64,000 nt of DNA, taken from a virus. This document shows positions 19,588 to 29,211 of this stretch, in pieces. The DNA is taken from positions 79,619-143,618 of IMG/VR virus record IMGVR_UViG_3300042374_001687; one strand, given 5' to 3'. The first letter of the stretch is position 1. Every line of letters starts with the position of its first letter. The position numbers and the translations under genes were made by a program. The notes under the pieces were generated by a model that did no database searches, was not told the DNA's origin, and worked only from the letters and a program-made list of their open reading frames with translations.

Positions 19588-21015
19588 ATGCAAGCAAATG
19601 CAAAGTTCCTAAATGAAGCAAGGGAGCTGGAATCTCGTTGGGCGCAAACAGGTTTGCTAGAGAACATAAGCGACAAGTACACACGTTCTTGCACTGCCGT
19701 TCTCCTCGAAAACCAGCGTCTCATCAACGAGAACTCGACCGACTCGGGCGACGTCGCCCAGTTCAAGAGGATCTCGATTCCGCTCGTCCGTAGAATTTAC
19801 CCCCAGCTGATCGCCAACAAGGTGGTCTCGGTTCAGCCGTTGCTCGGCCCGACCGGCCTCGTCTATTACCTCCGTTTTAGATACGGCAGCAACAAGGGCA
19901 GCGTCCGTGGAGCCACCAAGAGCGGCTTCCCCACAGACGACGCCAACTCGCTCCAGCAGCTCGCCAGCGGCGATGCCAACCTGAGCGTCTACTACTCGCA
20001 CCAGTTCGTTGAGAACGAGACGAGTGCCACAGACGCCGGCGGCACCAGCACCAGCGTGACGCTTGAGCACACCCCGGTTCTCGCCGGAACCGTGACCGGC
20101 ACCGTCTATGACGGTGACGTCGCCGTCCAGACCTTCGTGGTCTCGGAAAGCGGCTCGTTCACGTTCCACGACATCGGATCGCCCTCGGCCAAGGTCACCA
20201 GCGCCACGCTGAACCTGACCACAGGCGAGATGGGCCTGACTTGGAACAGCGACCCGGGTGCCAACCATGTTACCGTCTCGTACGAGTACAACATGGAATG
20301 CAACCAGGACCTCCCCGAAATCAACCTCGTTGTTGAGTCGGAAGAGATCGCCGCCAAGACCCGCAAGTTGAAGGCCGTGTGGAGCTACGAGGCCCAGCAG
20401 GACCTCCGCAGTCAGCACAACCTCGACGCCGAGGCCGAGCTCACAGCCGTTCTGGCTCAAGAGATCAACCTCGAGATCGACCGTGAAGTTCTCAGCGACC
20501 TCCGCAACAACGCGGGCACAGTCGCCTCGTGGGACTTCAATACCGCCCTTGGTGATACCATCAAGGAAAAGTATGAGTCGCTCTACGTCAAGGTCGTCGA
20601 AGTCAGCAACGTGGTGCATCGCAAGACGCTCCGCGGCGGCTGCAACTGGCTCGTCACCAGCCCCGAAGTTGCCTCGATCTTCGAGACAGCCACCGCTGGT
20701 TTCGCTCCGGCCCCCTCGGAAGGCTTCACATCGTCGCTCGGCATCCAGTATGTCGGCACCGTGAACAACCGTTGGAGACTCTACAAGGATCCGCTGTTCC
20801 CGACGGGACAGATCCTCATGGGTTACAAGGGTGACTCGTACATGGACAGTGGTTACTTCTACTGCCCGTACGTGCCGCTTACCCAGACGCCAGTCGTGCT
20901 CGATCCCGAGTCCTTCTGCCCGCGTAAGGGAATACTTACCCGCTATGGTAAGAAGCTCCTCCGCGAAGGCGCGAAGTTCTACGCCAGACTCAGCGTTGCT
21001 AATTTTGTGATTTAG
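19588..21015 (+). CDS. Major capsid protein (T4 gp23-like)
   Basis: LLENQ, PLVRR..PQLIA, VQPL.GPTGLVYYLR, AKTRKLKA.WS.EAQQDL, DAEAELT, EIDRE, GYFYCPYVPL, PRKGILTRYG. Confidence 0.97.
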   Translation: MQANAKFLNEARELESRWAQTGLLENISDKYTRSCTAVLLENQRLINENSTDSGDVAQFKRISIPLVRRIYPQLIANKVVSVQPLLGPTGLVYYLRFRYGSNKGSVRGATKSGFPTDDANSLQQLASGDANLSVYYSHQFVENETSATDAGGTSTSVTLEHTPVLAGTVTGTVYDGDVAVQTFVVSESGSFTFHDIGSPSAKVTSATLNLTTGEMGLTWNSDPGANHVTVSYEYNMECNQDLPEINLVVESEEIAAKTRKLKAVWSYEAQQDLRSQHNLDAEAELTAVLAQEINLEIDREVLSDLRNNAGTVASWDFNTALGDTIKEKYESLYVKVVEVSNVVHRKTLRGGCNWLVTSPEVASIFETATAGFAPAPSEGFTSSLGIQYVGTVNNRWRLYKDPLFPTGQILMGYKGDSYMDSGYFYCPYVPLTQTPVVLDPESFCPRKGILTRYGKKLLREGAKFYARLSVANFVI

Positions 21016-21050
21016 CGGAAACCCTTGCTGAACGCAAAGAGTTACGAACA

Positions 21051-21087
21051 GAAACCCTCGGCAGAAATGCTGGGGGTTTTTTGTTTT
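21051..21087 (+). terminator. Intrinsic terminator after capsid gene
   Basis: AAACCCTCGGCA-GAAA-TGCTGGGGGTTTTTT. Confidence 0.85.
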
Positions 21088-22265
21088 CATTCATATGGTT
21101 TGTGCGTAACCACGACTTCCTTTTTGCCCAATATGTCAAGAAGATTGATGCCTAGAGCATGGATGTCTTTCTTCAAAAAAATATTGTACTCAATATTAGG
21201 ATTATTTTTGACATATTCTCTTGCGCAATCGTACTTCATCTGGGTCTCCAGACTATCGTGAAGATAATCCGCTTTGATTTCGCAAAGAGACAAAACTGAA
21301 TTGTTTTGATACTTGACCAAGAAGTCAGGAAAATAAAGACCGATATTGCCATTGTCTTTCTTGTAGGGAATACAGAAGGGTTCATAATCGTACCATTCAA
21401 CCAATTCTGAATGATCCAAGTGCCAATGGTAAATCAATTCAAATCCAGACCTGAACATGGGATTGGACTTCTTGCACTTTATAGAATCGTAATTACCCCG
21501 CCAAGTGTTCTTGTGCCCAGCATTCCATTTTCCTTGAAGTATTAGTTCAGTTATGGTTTCCCTCTGCTTCTGGTTCCACTCCTCCGGCCTGACGATACCC
21601 TTTGCCCAAGGGTTCGCCCACGACTCGGCCAGCCACTCCTTGCAGTTCTCACGGAGGTAGTCCTTCATCTCCGGCAATTGGTTGTAGTGTTCTACTCCGT
21701 AGCGCTGGAGGGTGGTCTGAGCCATCTTTACCCTGACCTCGGGGGCTTGGGCGGCGTTCTCGACCCCATAGCGCTCTAAGTTGGTCTTCCTTGCTTTCTT
21801 CTTAATCTCCTCGGCTTGCATGGGATTGTCTACGCCGTATTTATCTTGCACGGTTTGTCGCTGACGCTCCTTGGTCTCGTCAAGGTGCATGGGGTGTTCC
21901 ACCCCGTACCTCTCCAAGGATGTCTGCCGGTGCTTCTCCACCCACTGCTTCTTAAAGTCCTCATCCTTGAACTTCGCTTTCCTTTTTTCCACAAGTTCCT
22001 TCTTGTTCATGGGCATTTCCGTGCCGTACTTCTTGAGGCAGGTCTTCTTGGCCTTCTCCTTGATTTCCTTTTTTTTCATGGGATTCTTGCTCTTGAGGAA
22101 GCACTTGCGACATATGTGCTTTCCCTCGTTATCCCTGAAGTTCTTCTCGGCGTAGCGGAGTTTGAGCATCCGTTCACGCCCGCATTCATCAAAGCCCCCG
22201 TCGCAGTCATACTTGATCTTGACCTCGTGGCCCGGCAGTTTGCCCTCAATTTTTTCTAAATACAT
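21087..22265 (-). CDS. Putative homing endonuclease: basic (T.LERYGVE..) repeats + TnsA-like PD-(D/E)xK domain
   Basis: Five KKT.L.KYGVE.PM-type repeats; FRSGFE...YFPDFLV...EIK. Confidence 0.75.
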   Translation of the reverse strand: MYLEKIEGKLPGHEVKIKYDCDGGFDECGRERMLKLRYAEKNFRDNEGKHICRKCFLKSKNPMKKKEIKEKAKKTCLKKYGTEMPMNKKELVEKRKAKFKDEDFKKQWVEKHRQTSLERYGVEHPMHLDETKERQRQTVQDKYGVDNPMQAEEIKKKARKTNLERYGVENAAQAPEVRVKMAQTTLQRYGVEHYNQLPEMKDYLRENCKEWLAESWANPWAKGIVRPEEWNQKQRETITELILQGKWNAGHKNTWRGNYDSIKCKKSNPMFRSGFELIYHWHLDHSELVEWYDYEPFCIPYKKDNGNIGLYFPDFLVKYQNNSVLSLCEIKADYLHDSLETQMKYDCAREYVKNNPNIEYNIFLKKDIHALGINLLDILGKKEVVVTHKPYE

Positions 22266-22279
22266 ATTGATTTCTCCGA

Positions 22280-23848
22280 TTGATTGACTATTATATATGT
22301 AGTATGACAGACATAAAAAATCAATATCAAATGGCCAATATAATAGTGCTTGATGAAATCAAGGAACCTACATGGATGAAAAGGACGCTGGCGGCCGAGA
22401 GGGTAGCGAATCCGAATACATTCATCTTTTTCAGGCACGAATGGAACGAGCGTTCGGAGCATATACTTTCACACATCAATTCCTATTCGCAGGATCGGTT
22501 CAAAATACATGCACGAAAGTGCACCGTCAAAAAGATCAGGTCTAAGCAGCATAGGGATTTTTGCGACCTCCACCACATCCAAGGATCAAACAAACTAACC
22601 CTCTCTGCGTTCGGGATATTTTTAGGCGACGATCTTCTGGGCGTTCTGTCGCTCGGAAGGCATAACAGAGACAGCAAGGCGACTGTGCTTGATCGTCTGT
22701 GTTTTAAGGCGGGGTGGCGGGTTGTGGGTGGAGCCAGCAGACTTTTCTCCGCCGCCAAGAAATGGGCCTTGGAGAACGGCATCTATTCCATAGTCAGTTT
22801 CAGCGACAACAGAATGAGCCTGGGTACGGTTTACGAAAGGCTAGGTTTTGAGATTGATTGCGAACTGCCTCCCGATTACATCTACATCAAGGCTGACGAC
22901 CCCGGCGTCGCCTTCAGCAAACAGAGCCAGCGCAAGAAAGTCACCGGATGTCCTTCCGATGTGACCGAGAAGGAGTGGGCAAGCAGGCAGGGCCTTGTTC
23001 AGGCTTTCGACGCCGGAAAGAAGAGGTGGTTGCTCAAACTCCGATTGCACAAAGAAGTGCCGTTGAAGAGCAGGAGGCAGGGATATTACGAGACGAAAAA
23101 GGCCAACCCTAGGGTTTTGTACTACCAGTCCAGCTACGAACTGAAAGCGGCAACCATATTGGACGAGATGGACGATGTGAATTCTTACATTAGCCAGCAC
23201 ACTTTCACGATGGACGGAAGGGAGAGGGTAACTGATTTCATAGTAACATGGAAGGACGGATCAAAAACCATACTTGAAATCAAGCCGGAAAGGAGGATTG
23301 AACAGTTCAGAGAGCAGATAGGGGACAACAAGGAGTACGCTAGGCGGAACGGGTGGAAGTTCCAAATATGGACGGAGAAAGAACTCGGATTCCAAACCGA
23401 GTATTTCGCGACCAAGTGGGCCGACGAGTTCATATCAAAGATCACCAAAGTAGACTTCGTTCAAGAGAGAAAGGACAGAAATCTCACCAAGTCAAAGAAA
23501 TACTATGCCGAGAAGATCGCCACCAACAAGGTCTCCGTCTTCTGCGAGTACTGCCAGACGACGCATGAGGCTCTTAGATTGACTCACGACAAGAACATAG
23601 CCCGCAACGGCCGGTACATTTGTGAACGCGAGGGAGGGCATATAGCGGGCAGCAAGCCCAAGCTCCATCTCAGAAAGGACAACCCCCATGCCGCCGATGG
23701 GAAGAAGCAGTGCTTGGGTTGCAAGCAAGTTCTATCCTTTGATAATTTCGGCACGGACAAGGTTCGTGCGGACGGGTACGCCAGCAAGTGCAAGGAGTGC
23801 AGGAGGAAGGCGGCGAACGAGAAATATGCCAAGAAGAAGGCTACTTGA
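22280..23848 (+). CDS. Putative homing endonuclease: Mom/GNAT-like domain + TnsA-like nuclease + zinc fingers
   Basis: F..LHHIQG, RLCFK..VVGGASRL, SFSDNR..G.VYE.LGF; YQSSYE..TDFIV..LEIKP; C-terminal CxxC motifs. Confidence 0.7.
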   Translation: MIDYYICSMTDIKNQYQMANIIVLDEIKEPTWMKRTLAAERVANPNTFIFFRHEWNERSEHILSHINSYSQDRFKIHARKCTVKKIRSKQHRDFCDLHHIQGSNKLTLSAFGIFLGDDLLGVLSLGRHNRDSKATVLDRLCFKAGWRVVGGASRLFSAAKKWALENGIYSIVSFSDNRMSLGTVYERLGFEIDCELPPDYIYIKADDPGVAFSKQSQRKKVTGCPSDVTEKEWASRQGLVQAFDAGKKRWLLKLRLHKEVPLKSRRQGYYETKKANPRVLYYQSSYELKAATILDEMDDVNSYISQHTFTMDGRERVTDFIVTWKDGSKTILEIKPERRIEQFREQIGDNKEYARRNGWKFQIWTEKELGFQTEYFATKWADEFISKITKVDFVQERKDRNLTKSKKYYAEKIATNKVSVFCEYCQTTHEALRLTHDKNIARNGRYICEREGGHIAGSKPKLHLRKDNPHAADGKKQCLGCKQVLSFDNFGTDKVRADGYASKCKECRRKAANEKYAKKKAT

Positions 23849-23886
23849 TGGCCCCTACAAACTCCTCAATCAACTTTGGTATATTT

Positions 23887-24096
23887 TCATAGTCCCAGTA
23901 GGTGCCATATCAATTTTTTACCTGATCCAGCAGTGACTTTTTCCGGAGTTAAATCTCCATTTTGAATCAAAATGCACGCCAAATTGACAACTGGGAGATC
24001 TTTCAGATTTACAATCTTGTATAGATGCTTATACTTATTCTTTTGGTGAAGAGTTTGCAGATAATTTTTGTAATCAGTGTGTTTGATTTTATACAT
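23887..24096 (-). pseudogene. Truncated zinc-ribbon (DUF4379-like) fragment
   Basis: NGDLTPEKVTAGSGKKLIW then stop, without the expected Cys/His continuation. Confidence 0.45.
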
Positions 24097-24109
24097 GGGG
24101 TAGGAGTAT

Positions 24110-26356
24110 TCACATTAAACTTCTTATAATTTGAGAACAATAAGATTCATAAGACAACAATTGTTGTGAAATAAACTCAACCCTGTCGCCCACAGTTTTA
24201 CCTTGCCCTTCAAATATTGGGTTGTAAAAAATAGGATTATTAAATTGTAAGTTTAAAATTTCTTTGTGGAAAACTCTAAGATTTTCAAATATATTGATCC
24301 AATTAAACTTAAAATCGTCTTTTATGAATTTATCTATCGAGCTTACAAGTTCCTTTGAATTAAAATTAATACTTCTAAAATCTCTTCTTATATCAAAGTG
24401 ATAGGAAGGCTCAAGATTTAAGTGATAATCACCACCACCATCACCAGAATTTAAATTATAAAAACAACCACTATTTTGATATCTGTATATTTTTGTCATT
24501 GGATTTATCGGACCATAAATTATAAAACTAGGTGTGTTTAGTAGTTGTGCAATATGAGAAGGCCCAGAGTCTATGCCTATAAAAAGAAATGCATTATTTA
24601 TAAAAACAAACATATCTTTTATAGATCCAACATCCCTTTGATCGAATAAAATATTTTTGTTTTTATATTCTTCTATTTTTTTTTCATACTCATTACAATA
24701 AAATTTATTTTCTTTTTTGAGTCTTTGTCCAATTAAAACAATTTTATAATCCCCAGAAAGATAATCTATCAGATCTATAAACTTATCTTGCTTTGGCATC
24801 CTTCCTTCAAAACCTACTCTTTGAGAATCCAGATGTAGCACCACATATTTTTCTTCGATAGGATTAAAGTTAGAATCAAATTTTTCTATAAATTGCTTGA
24901 TCAAGTAAGGGTTTGTATCTGTTTCAACAACATTTAGTTTTGCACATATCAAATCAATAGTGTGCATTGGGTATGAATAATTTAAACTAGTCAAATTGTA
25001 AATTGTATCATAATTTGCTTGATCAAAATCATTTACGATTTTTATTTTTGGTAGAAGTTCGTATAGAAAATTAAGTTTATTTGTGGACAAAGATATGTCA
25101 ACATTATTTAATTTATGTTGCATTAAGCAACTAGAGACAGGGTATAGTGCATCTACCATATCTCCAAAACCATCTACATTCAAATTTATCAATATTCTGT
25201 TTTTAAATTCTTTTGATTTTAATGATAAATATTTTCGCCATCTACAAAGAAATTTAGATCTATTTAATTCAACAATAGAGTTTTTAATTGATTCTGGTAT
25301 TTTATTTGAGCTTTGTGCTCTTTTATGATAAATTTTTATATTTATGTTTTCTTGCTCAAATCCAATTTGTTTTGCCCGTAGACAAAAATCTACATCCTCG
25401 AAATAAAAATATCTATATAGGTTATCAAAACCGGACAATTGTTTAAAAACACAAGATCTTATGAATAAAACAGAGCCTTCGCTATAGTCTGGTGTTTGTT
25501 TATATTGAGTTTTAATATCGTGTCCACATCCAAATTCATTTACAAATTGAGGCAGATTAGATGAACCTACTATAGCGACATTTGGTCTTGATTCGAAAAT
25601 ATAAACCGCCTCATTCAGCCAATTAAAATCTTCTATTTCAATGTCATCGTTTAAACACAAAAACAAATCGCTTTCTTGTTGATCAAAGTTTTTGTTGTGC
25701 CCTTTGCCATAACCTATATTATAGTTGTTGTAAAAACAAACTGATAGATATTTAAGTTCTGATTTAATTTGAAGGCAAGCGTCTTTTATAATTTCTTGAT
25801 TACAATCAAAAGAATTATTTCTAATAAATAGTGTTATACTCTCACACCCCATTAGCTCCAATTGCTTGAAAATTCCATAACATGTTTTTTTAATGAAATC
25901 TACTACAGATTGTTCTGGCTGGTATAGCAAAACGGATACTAACACTTTGGTTTTTGGTGACATTTTATACAGCTTGTTTTGAACGTAGTGCTCTGTTGGT
26001 AAATCGAGCATGGATTTTTTGTATATCCTTTTTTCTTTTGAACCGTGTAGTAGAAAATGTTGTGCTGCTTTTTCTTTTGAGTCTAAGTGTTTTAACTCCT
26101 TGTATCTTTCAACATATGAGATCCAATCAAAATCTTTTGGTATCAAATTCTCTAGCTGGCTTTTATTTTTAAAATTATTGGGTGCATAAGTTTTATAATG
26201 ATAAAATAACCTGTGTTTGTCGTCATAGTTATTCTCCGTGCAATAAGGCTGATAAAAATTTTTGGTTTCGGGATTTTGAGTTTGATAAAACGCTTCATCG
26301 AAATCTTCATCAATAGAATTGACTTCATAAAATTCTTTTATGTTTAAAATTTTCAT
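24110..26356 (-). CDS. Multidomain glycosyltransferase (GT2 + GT9 heptosyltransferase-like)
   Basis: NIGYGKGHN, CLNDD, GFD..Y.YFEDVDFCLRA (GT2); FIGIDSGPSHIA...P..IIYGP (GT9); N-terminal FD...Y repeats. Confidence 0.88.
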   Translation of the reverse strand: MKILNIKEFYEVNSIDEDFDEAFYQTQNPETKNFYQPYCTENNYDDKHRLFYHYKTYAPNNFKNKSQLENLIPKDFDWISYVERYKELKHLDSKEKAAQHFLLHGSKEKRIYKKSMLDLPTEHYVQNKLYKMSPKTKVLVSVLLYQPEQSVVDFIKKTCYGIFKQLELMGCESITLFIRNNSFDCNQEIIKDACLQIKSELKYLSVCFYNNYNIGYGKGHNKNFDQQESDLFLCLNDDIEIEDFNWLNEAVYIFESRPNVAIVGSSNLPQFVNEFGCGHDIKTQYKQTPDYSEGSVLFIRSCVFKQLSGFDNLYRYFYFEDVDFCLRAKQIGFEQENINIKIYHKRAQSSNKIPESIKNSIVELNRSKFLCRWRKYLSLKSKEFKNRILINLNVDGFGDMVDALYPVSSCLMQHKLNNVDISLSTNKLNFLYELLPKIKIVNDFDQANYDTIYNLTSLNYSYPMHTIDLICAKLNVVETDTNPYLIKQFIEKFDSNFNPIEEKYVVLHLDSQRVGFEGRMPKQDKFIDLIDYLSGDYKIVLIGQRLKKENKFYCNEYEKKIEEYKNKNILFDQRDVGSIKDMFVFINNAFLFIGIDSGPSHIAQLLNTPSFIIYGPINPMTKIYRYQNSGCFYNLNSGDGGGDYHLNLEPSYHFDIRRDFRSINFNSKELVSSIDKFIKDDFKFNWINIFENLRVFHKEILNLQFNNPIFYNPIFEGQGKTVGDRVEFISQQLLSYESYCSQIIRSLM

Positions 26357-27057
26357 AAGTAAAAATTCTCTATAAGATCTAATTCTAATTTAAGTTTTTT
26401 TTCCAGATAGTTTTTTAAATTTTCGTTAATTTTTAAATCTTCTTTTTTGTTTTTGATATTGTTATATACATTTTTTAATTTTAGCGAAAAGGGATTAATT
26501 TGGTTAAATCTATCAATACAAGTCTGCATTTTTTCTTGGATAAAAATAAAGTTATATTTTTTAATTTCTTCTTTTGCTATTTCAAATTTTTCTTCTAAGC
26601 TTTTATCCTCATAGCCACAAAGCATATTCATTGTTTCGTGCCCAAATTTTGATATAAAACTATTTAATTCGTCTATTTTTAAATCTTTTGGATGCTTTTT
26701 TTCAAAAAACAAACAGTGACTTATAAATCTGCTTATAGGATTTCTTATGGTAAAAATTCTATAGGTCTCCTCTTGTTTTAAATTAAATTGATCTTCTATA
26801 AAGTTCGCGTAACTATGATCTATAAAAGCCTTTGTTCCTTTGTGTATTGCTTTTATGCAACACATATCTCTATGAAGACTTATATTCCCATGTGTTAGCA
26901 TAGAAATATAAGTCGGATTGTTTGAAAAATATTCGTTTTCTTTAAAAGCATCATGAAATGAATGCCTTAGGCTGCTCCCTGCACATTTTGCCACATGATT
27001 TAATACTAAGTATCTAAACACTAGTAAATCCTTGTATATCCAAAACCTTGTTTCCAT
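26353..27057 (-). CDS. Sulfotransferase family protein
   Basis: HVAKCAGSSL (5'-PSB), FTIRNPISRFIS (3'-PB). Confidence 0.85.
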   Translation of the reverse strand: METRFWIYKDLLVFRYLVLNHVAKCAGSSLRHSFHDAFKENEYFSNNPTYISMLTHGNISLHRDMCCIKAIHKGTKAFIDHSYANFIEDQFNLKQEETYRIFTIRNPISRFISHCLFFEKKHPKDLKIDELNSFISKFGHETMNMLCGYEDKSLEEKFEIAKEEIKKYNFIFIQEKMQTCIDRFNQINPFSLKLKNVYNNIKNKKEDLKINENLKNYLEKKLKLELDLIENFYL

Positions 27058-28364
27058 TATTCTCCATAAGATTTCTCCTCCACTATTTGCGACTTGTAAT
27101 GTAAATTTACATCTTTCTTTATTTTTGCTCTTATATCATTAAATTGATATACCTGTCTTGCGGTTTGTGTAAACTCATCATCAAATCGACCAGTAGATTC
27201 TATGTGTCTTATCTTATCTTCTACTTCCCAAAGTTTTTTGTTTATGTTTATCAATTTATCGAAAAATAATAAATAATTTTTATCATAATTGATTTTTTTT
27301 GACTCTAATACAAGTTCTAAAGATTTAAGTTCTTTGCAAATGTTTTTGCTTTTTTTTTCATCGTTTATTTTTATTTTTTTAATTGTTAATATCGTTACTT
27401 TATCAATCAAATCGCCAACAGATGTCGGGACAAATAATTTAGATTCTTCGTTTTTTTCTCCAAGAACATAAATTCTTTTGTTAAATTCCCTTATCATATT
27501 TCCAAACAATCTCTCAAAAGCGTGGGCAATTGTACCATCTGATTTGTGTCTTTTTTCAAAAATATCAACATTTAAATTTGTTAAAAAATAATTGATAATG
27601 TCATATCTAACAACAAACATGGTGCCATAAATAAAGTCTATAGTATTATCTTCAATCTTTAGAAGCTTTCTAATTTTATTAAAATTTTTTTCATTGATAA
27701 AATCTTGCTCATGAGTTAACGACAACCTTGTGTTTGGAGAGCCGATCATTCCAATCGATTCTTCAACCTCAAGAAGCAATACTATAGAGCTTAAGTTTTT
27801 ACAAAGATTTTTATAAACACTATTTCTAAAACAGTGTGTCCAAAATTCATTGGTTTGCGAAGACTTTTTAGTATGAAGTTTTAGGATATATTTATATTTT
27901 TTCCCAGTAGAGTTAATGTGTTGAATAGTTTTTACAAACGGAGCAATATCAGCTCCTGAATTTTTTAATAAAATTATATTCGACTCTGGAATTTGTTCTT
28001 TAATTGTTTTTTCGTACTCTTTATTGTTTATTGTAATGTAGATATCTCTTGGAACATCTAAGTTTTTAATTAACGGTTTTATTTCTTGCTCCCACACTTC
28101 AAAATAATGCACATGAACTATTATGCATATTTTATCCTTTATTGGACAGAAATCATAATCATAATAATTTAATAACTCTTTTCTATTTTTAAACCGCCCT
28201 ATTCCTTCGTTTTTATAAAGACTATAATGATAAAACAACCTTCTTCTATCATCTATGTTGTTTTCTTGACAATAAGGCTGATAAAAACAAATAGTCTCTG
28301 GGTATAGGGAGGAGTAGAAGTTTTCATCAAAATCAATGTCTATTGATATTTCTTTGATATCCAT
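27057..28364 (-). CDS. Rhamnan synthesis RgpF-like protein fused to DUF6165-like domain
   Basis: IVHVHY, N.GADIAPF, LKLHTKKS, YGTMF, AHAFER; C-terminal SVGDLIDKVTIL.IK...N.KLWEVEDKIR...EEKSY. Confidence 0.8.
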   Translation of the reverse strand: MDIKEISIDIDFDENFYSSLYPETICFYQPYCQENNIDDRRRLFYHYSLYKNEGIGRFKNRKELLNYYDYDFCPIKDKICIIVHVHYFEVWEQEIKPLIKNLDVPRDIYITINNKEYEKTIKEQIPESNIILLKNSGADIAPFVKTIQHINSTGKKYKYILKLHTKKSSQTNEFWTHCFRNSVYKNLCKNLSSIVLLLEVEESIGMIGSPNTRLSLTHEQDFINEKNFNKIRKLLKIEDNTIDFIYGTMFVVRYDIINYFLTNLNVDIFEKRHKSDGTIAHAFERLFGNMIREFNKRIYVLGEKNEESKLFVPTSVGDLIDKVTILTIKKIKINDEKKSKNICKELKSLELVLESKKINYDKNYLLFFDKLININKKLWEVEDKIRHIESTGRFDDEFTQTARQVYQFNDIRAKIKKDVNLHYKSQIVEEKSYGE

Positions 28365-28524
28365 ATTTTTATTTTACTTTAGATCTGGGTCATCACCAAG
28401 TCATAAAAATATTGACTCTCCCATTTGCGAAGGTGATAGTAAAAGGATTTAAATACGGCGGAAGGACGGTGAAAGCCGTGGTCAGCATAGATGCTTTTAA
28501 AAGAGATAGAGGCATAGATAAGGC

Positions 28525-28680
28525 ATGAAAACATTTAATGAATGGTTAGAATTGAGGGAGGCCGGTTTCTTCTCAAAAATTTCACGAATGGCTTGAATTG
28601 AAAGAGGCTGGGTTCTTCTCCGGTTTGTTCGGGAAGAAACCCGCTCCAGCGCCGGTCACGCAAGTCGGATCGGTGACATG
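28525..28680 (+). pseudogene. Two fused/tandem remnants of capsid-tag mini-genes
   Basis: MKTFNEWLELREAGFFSK then in +1 frame KFHEWLELKEAGFFSGLFGKKPAPAP. Confidence 0.6.
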
Positions 28681-28757
28681 ATCGTAAAGGTTGTTGCGAA
28701 GGGCTTCTTTAGACGTTCCGAAATAATGGTCCCTGCCTATGTTGAAAAAATAATCAA

Positions 28758-29150
28758 ATGAAACAACTACCCAGAAAGAAACTTCCAAAAGAATTGGCTG
28801 TCATAAACGCAGATAATTGCACTGGGTGCGAGGCTTGCTTGGAGGTTTGCCCTGTTGATTGCATTATCAAGATTCAGCAACATGACAAGTTCCATAATCT
28901 ACAGAGTTGGTGCCAGATTGATTTGGACAGGTGTGTTGGCTGCGAGGTTTGTGTACATATTCCCGGAAAGAAGACCAATCCCTATGATCTGAAGGTTTGT
29001 CCTTGGGATGCGATTGAGATGGTTCCGACGGAAAAAGCAGCCGAAGTTGTTGCCCAGATTGGCGGTCCTCCCGAGTACATCGAGAAGAATTGGGATAATC
29101 TTGTAGGAATTGCGTATAATTTGGCGAAATTGAAGGCGGAGAATAAGTAG
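28758..29150 (+). CDS. 4Fe-4S dicluster ferredoxin
   Basis: CTGCEACLEVCP and CVGCEVC...CPWDAI. Confidence 0.92.
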   Translation: MKQLPRKKLPKELAVINADNCTGCEACLEVCPVDCIIKIQQHDKFHNLQSWCQIDLDRCVGCEVCVHIPGKKTNPYDLKVCPWDAIEMVPTEKAAEVVAQIGGPPEYIEKNWDNLVGIAYNLAKLKAENK

Positions 29151-29163
29151 AAATGCCTACCAA

Positions 29164-29200
29164 TTAAAAAACGGCCCCCGAGTTTCCCCGGGGGCCGTTC
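29164..29200 (-). terminator. Intrinsic terminator
   Basis: AACGGCCCC...GGGGCCGTT inverted repeat with T-tract on minus strand. Confidence 0.75.
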
Positions 29201-29211
29201 TATTAAATCAA

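Noticed and set aside
19657-21090. 477-aa antisense ORF over the capsid gene (also 18634-19515, 18002-18607, 7738-8331)
   Set aside because: Mirror ORFs expected from strong C-ending codon bias of highly expressed structural genes; no RBS or motifs
28573-28585. Programmed -1 frameshift at AAATTTC joining the two tag remnants
   Set aside because: Joining needs a +1 shift and the heptamer is not in the required phase
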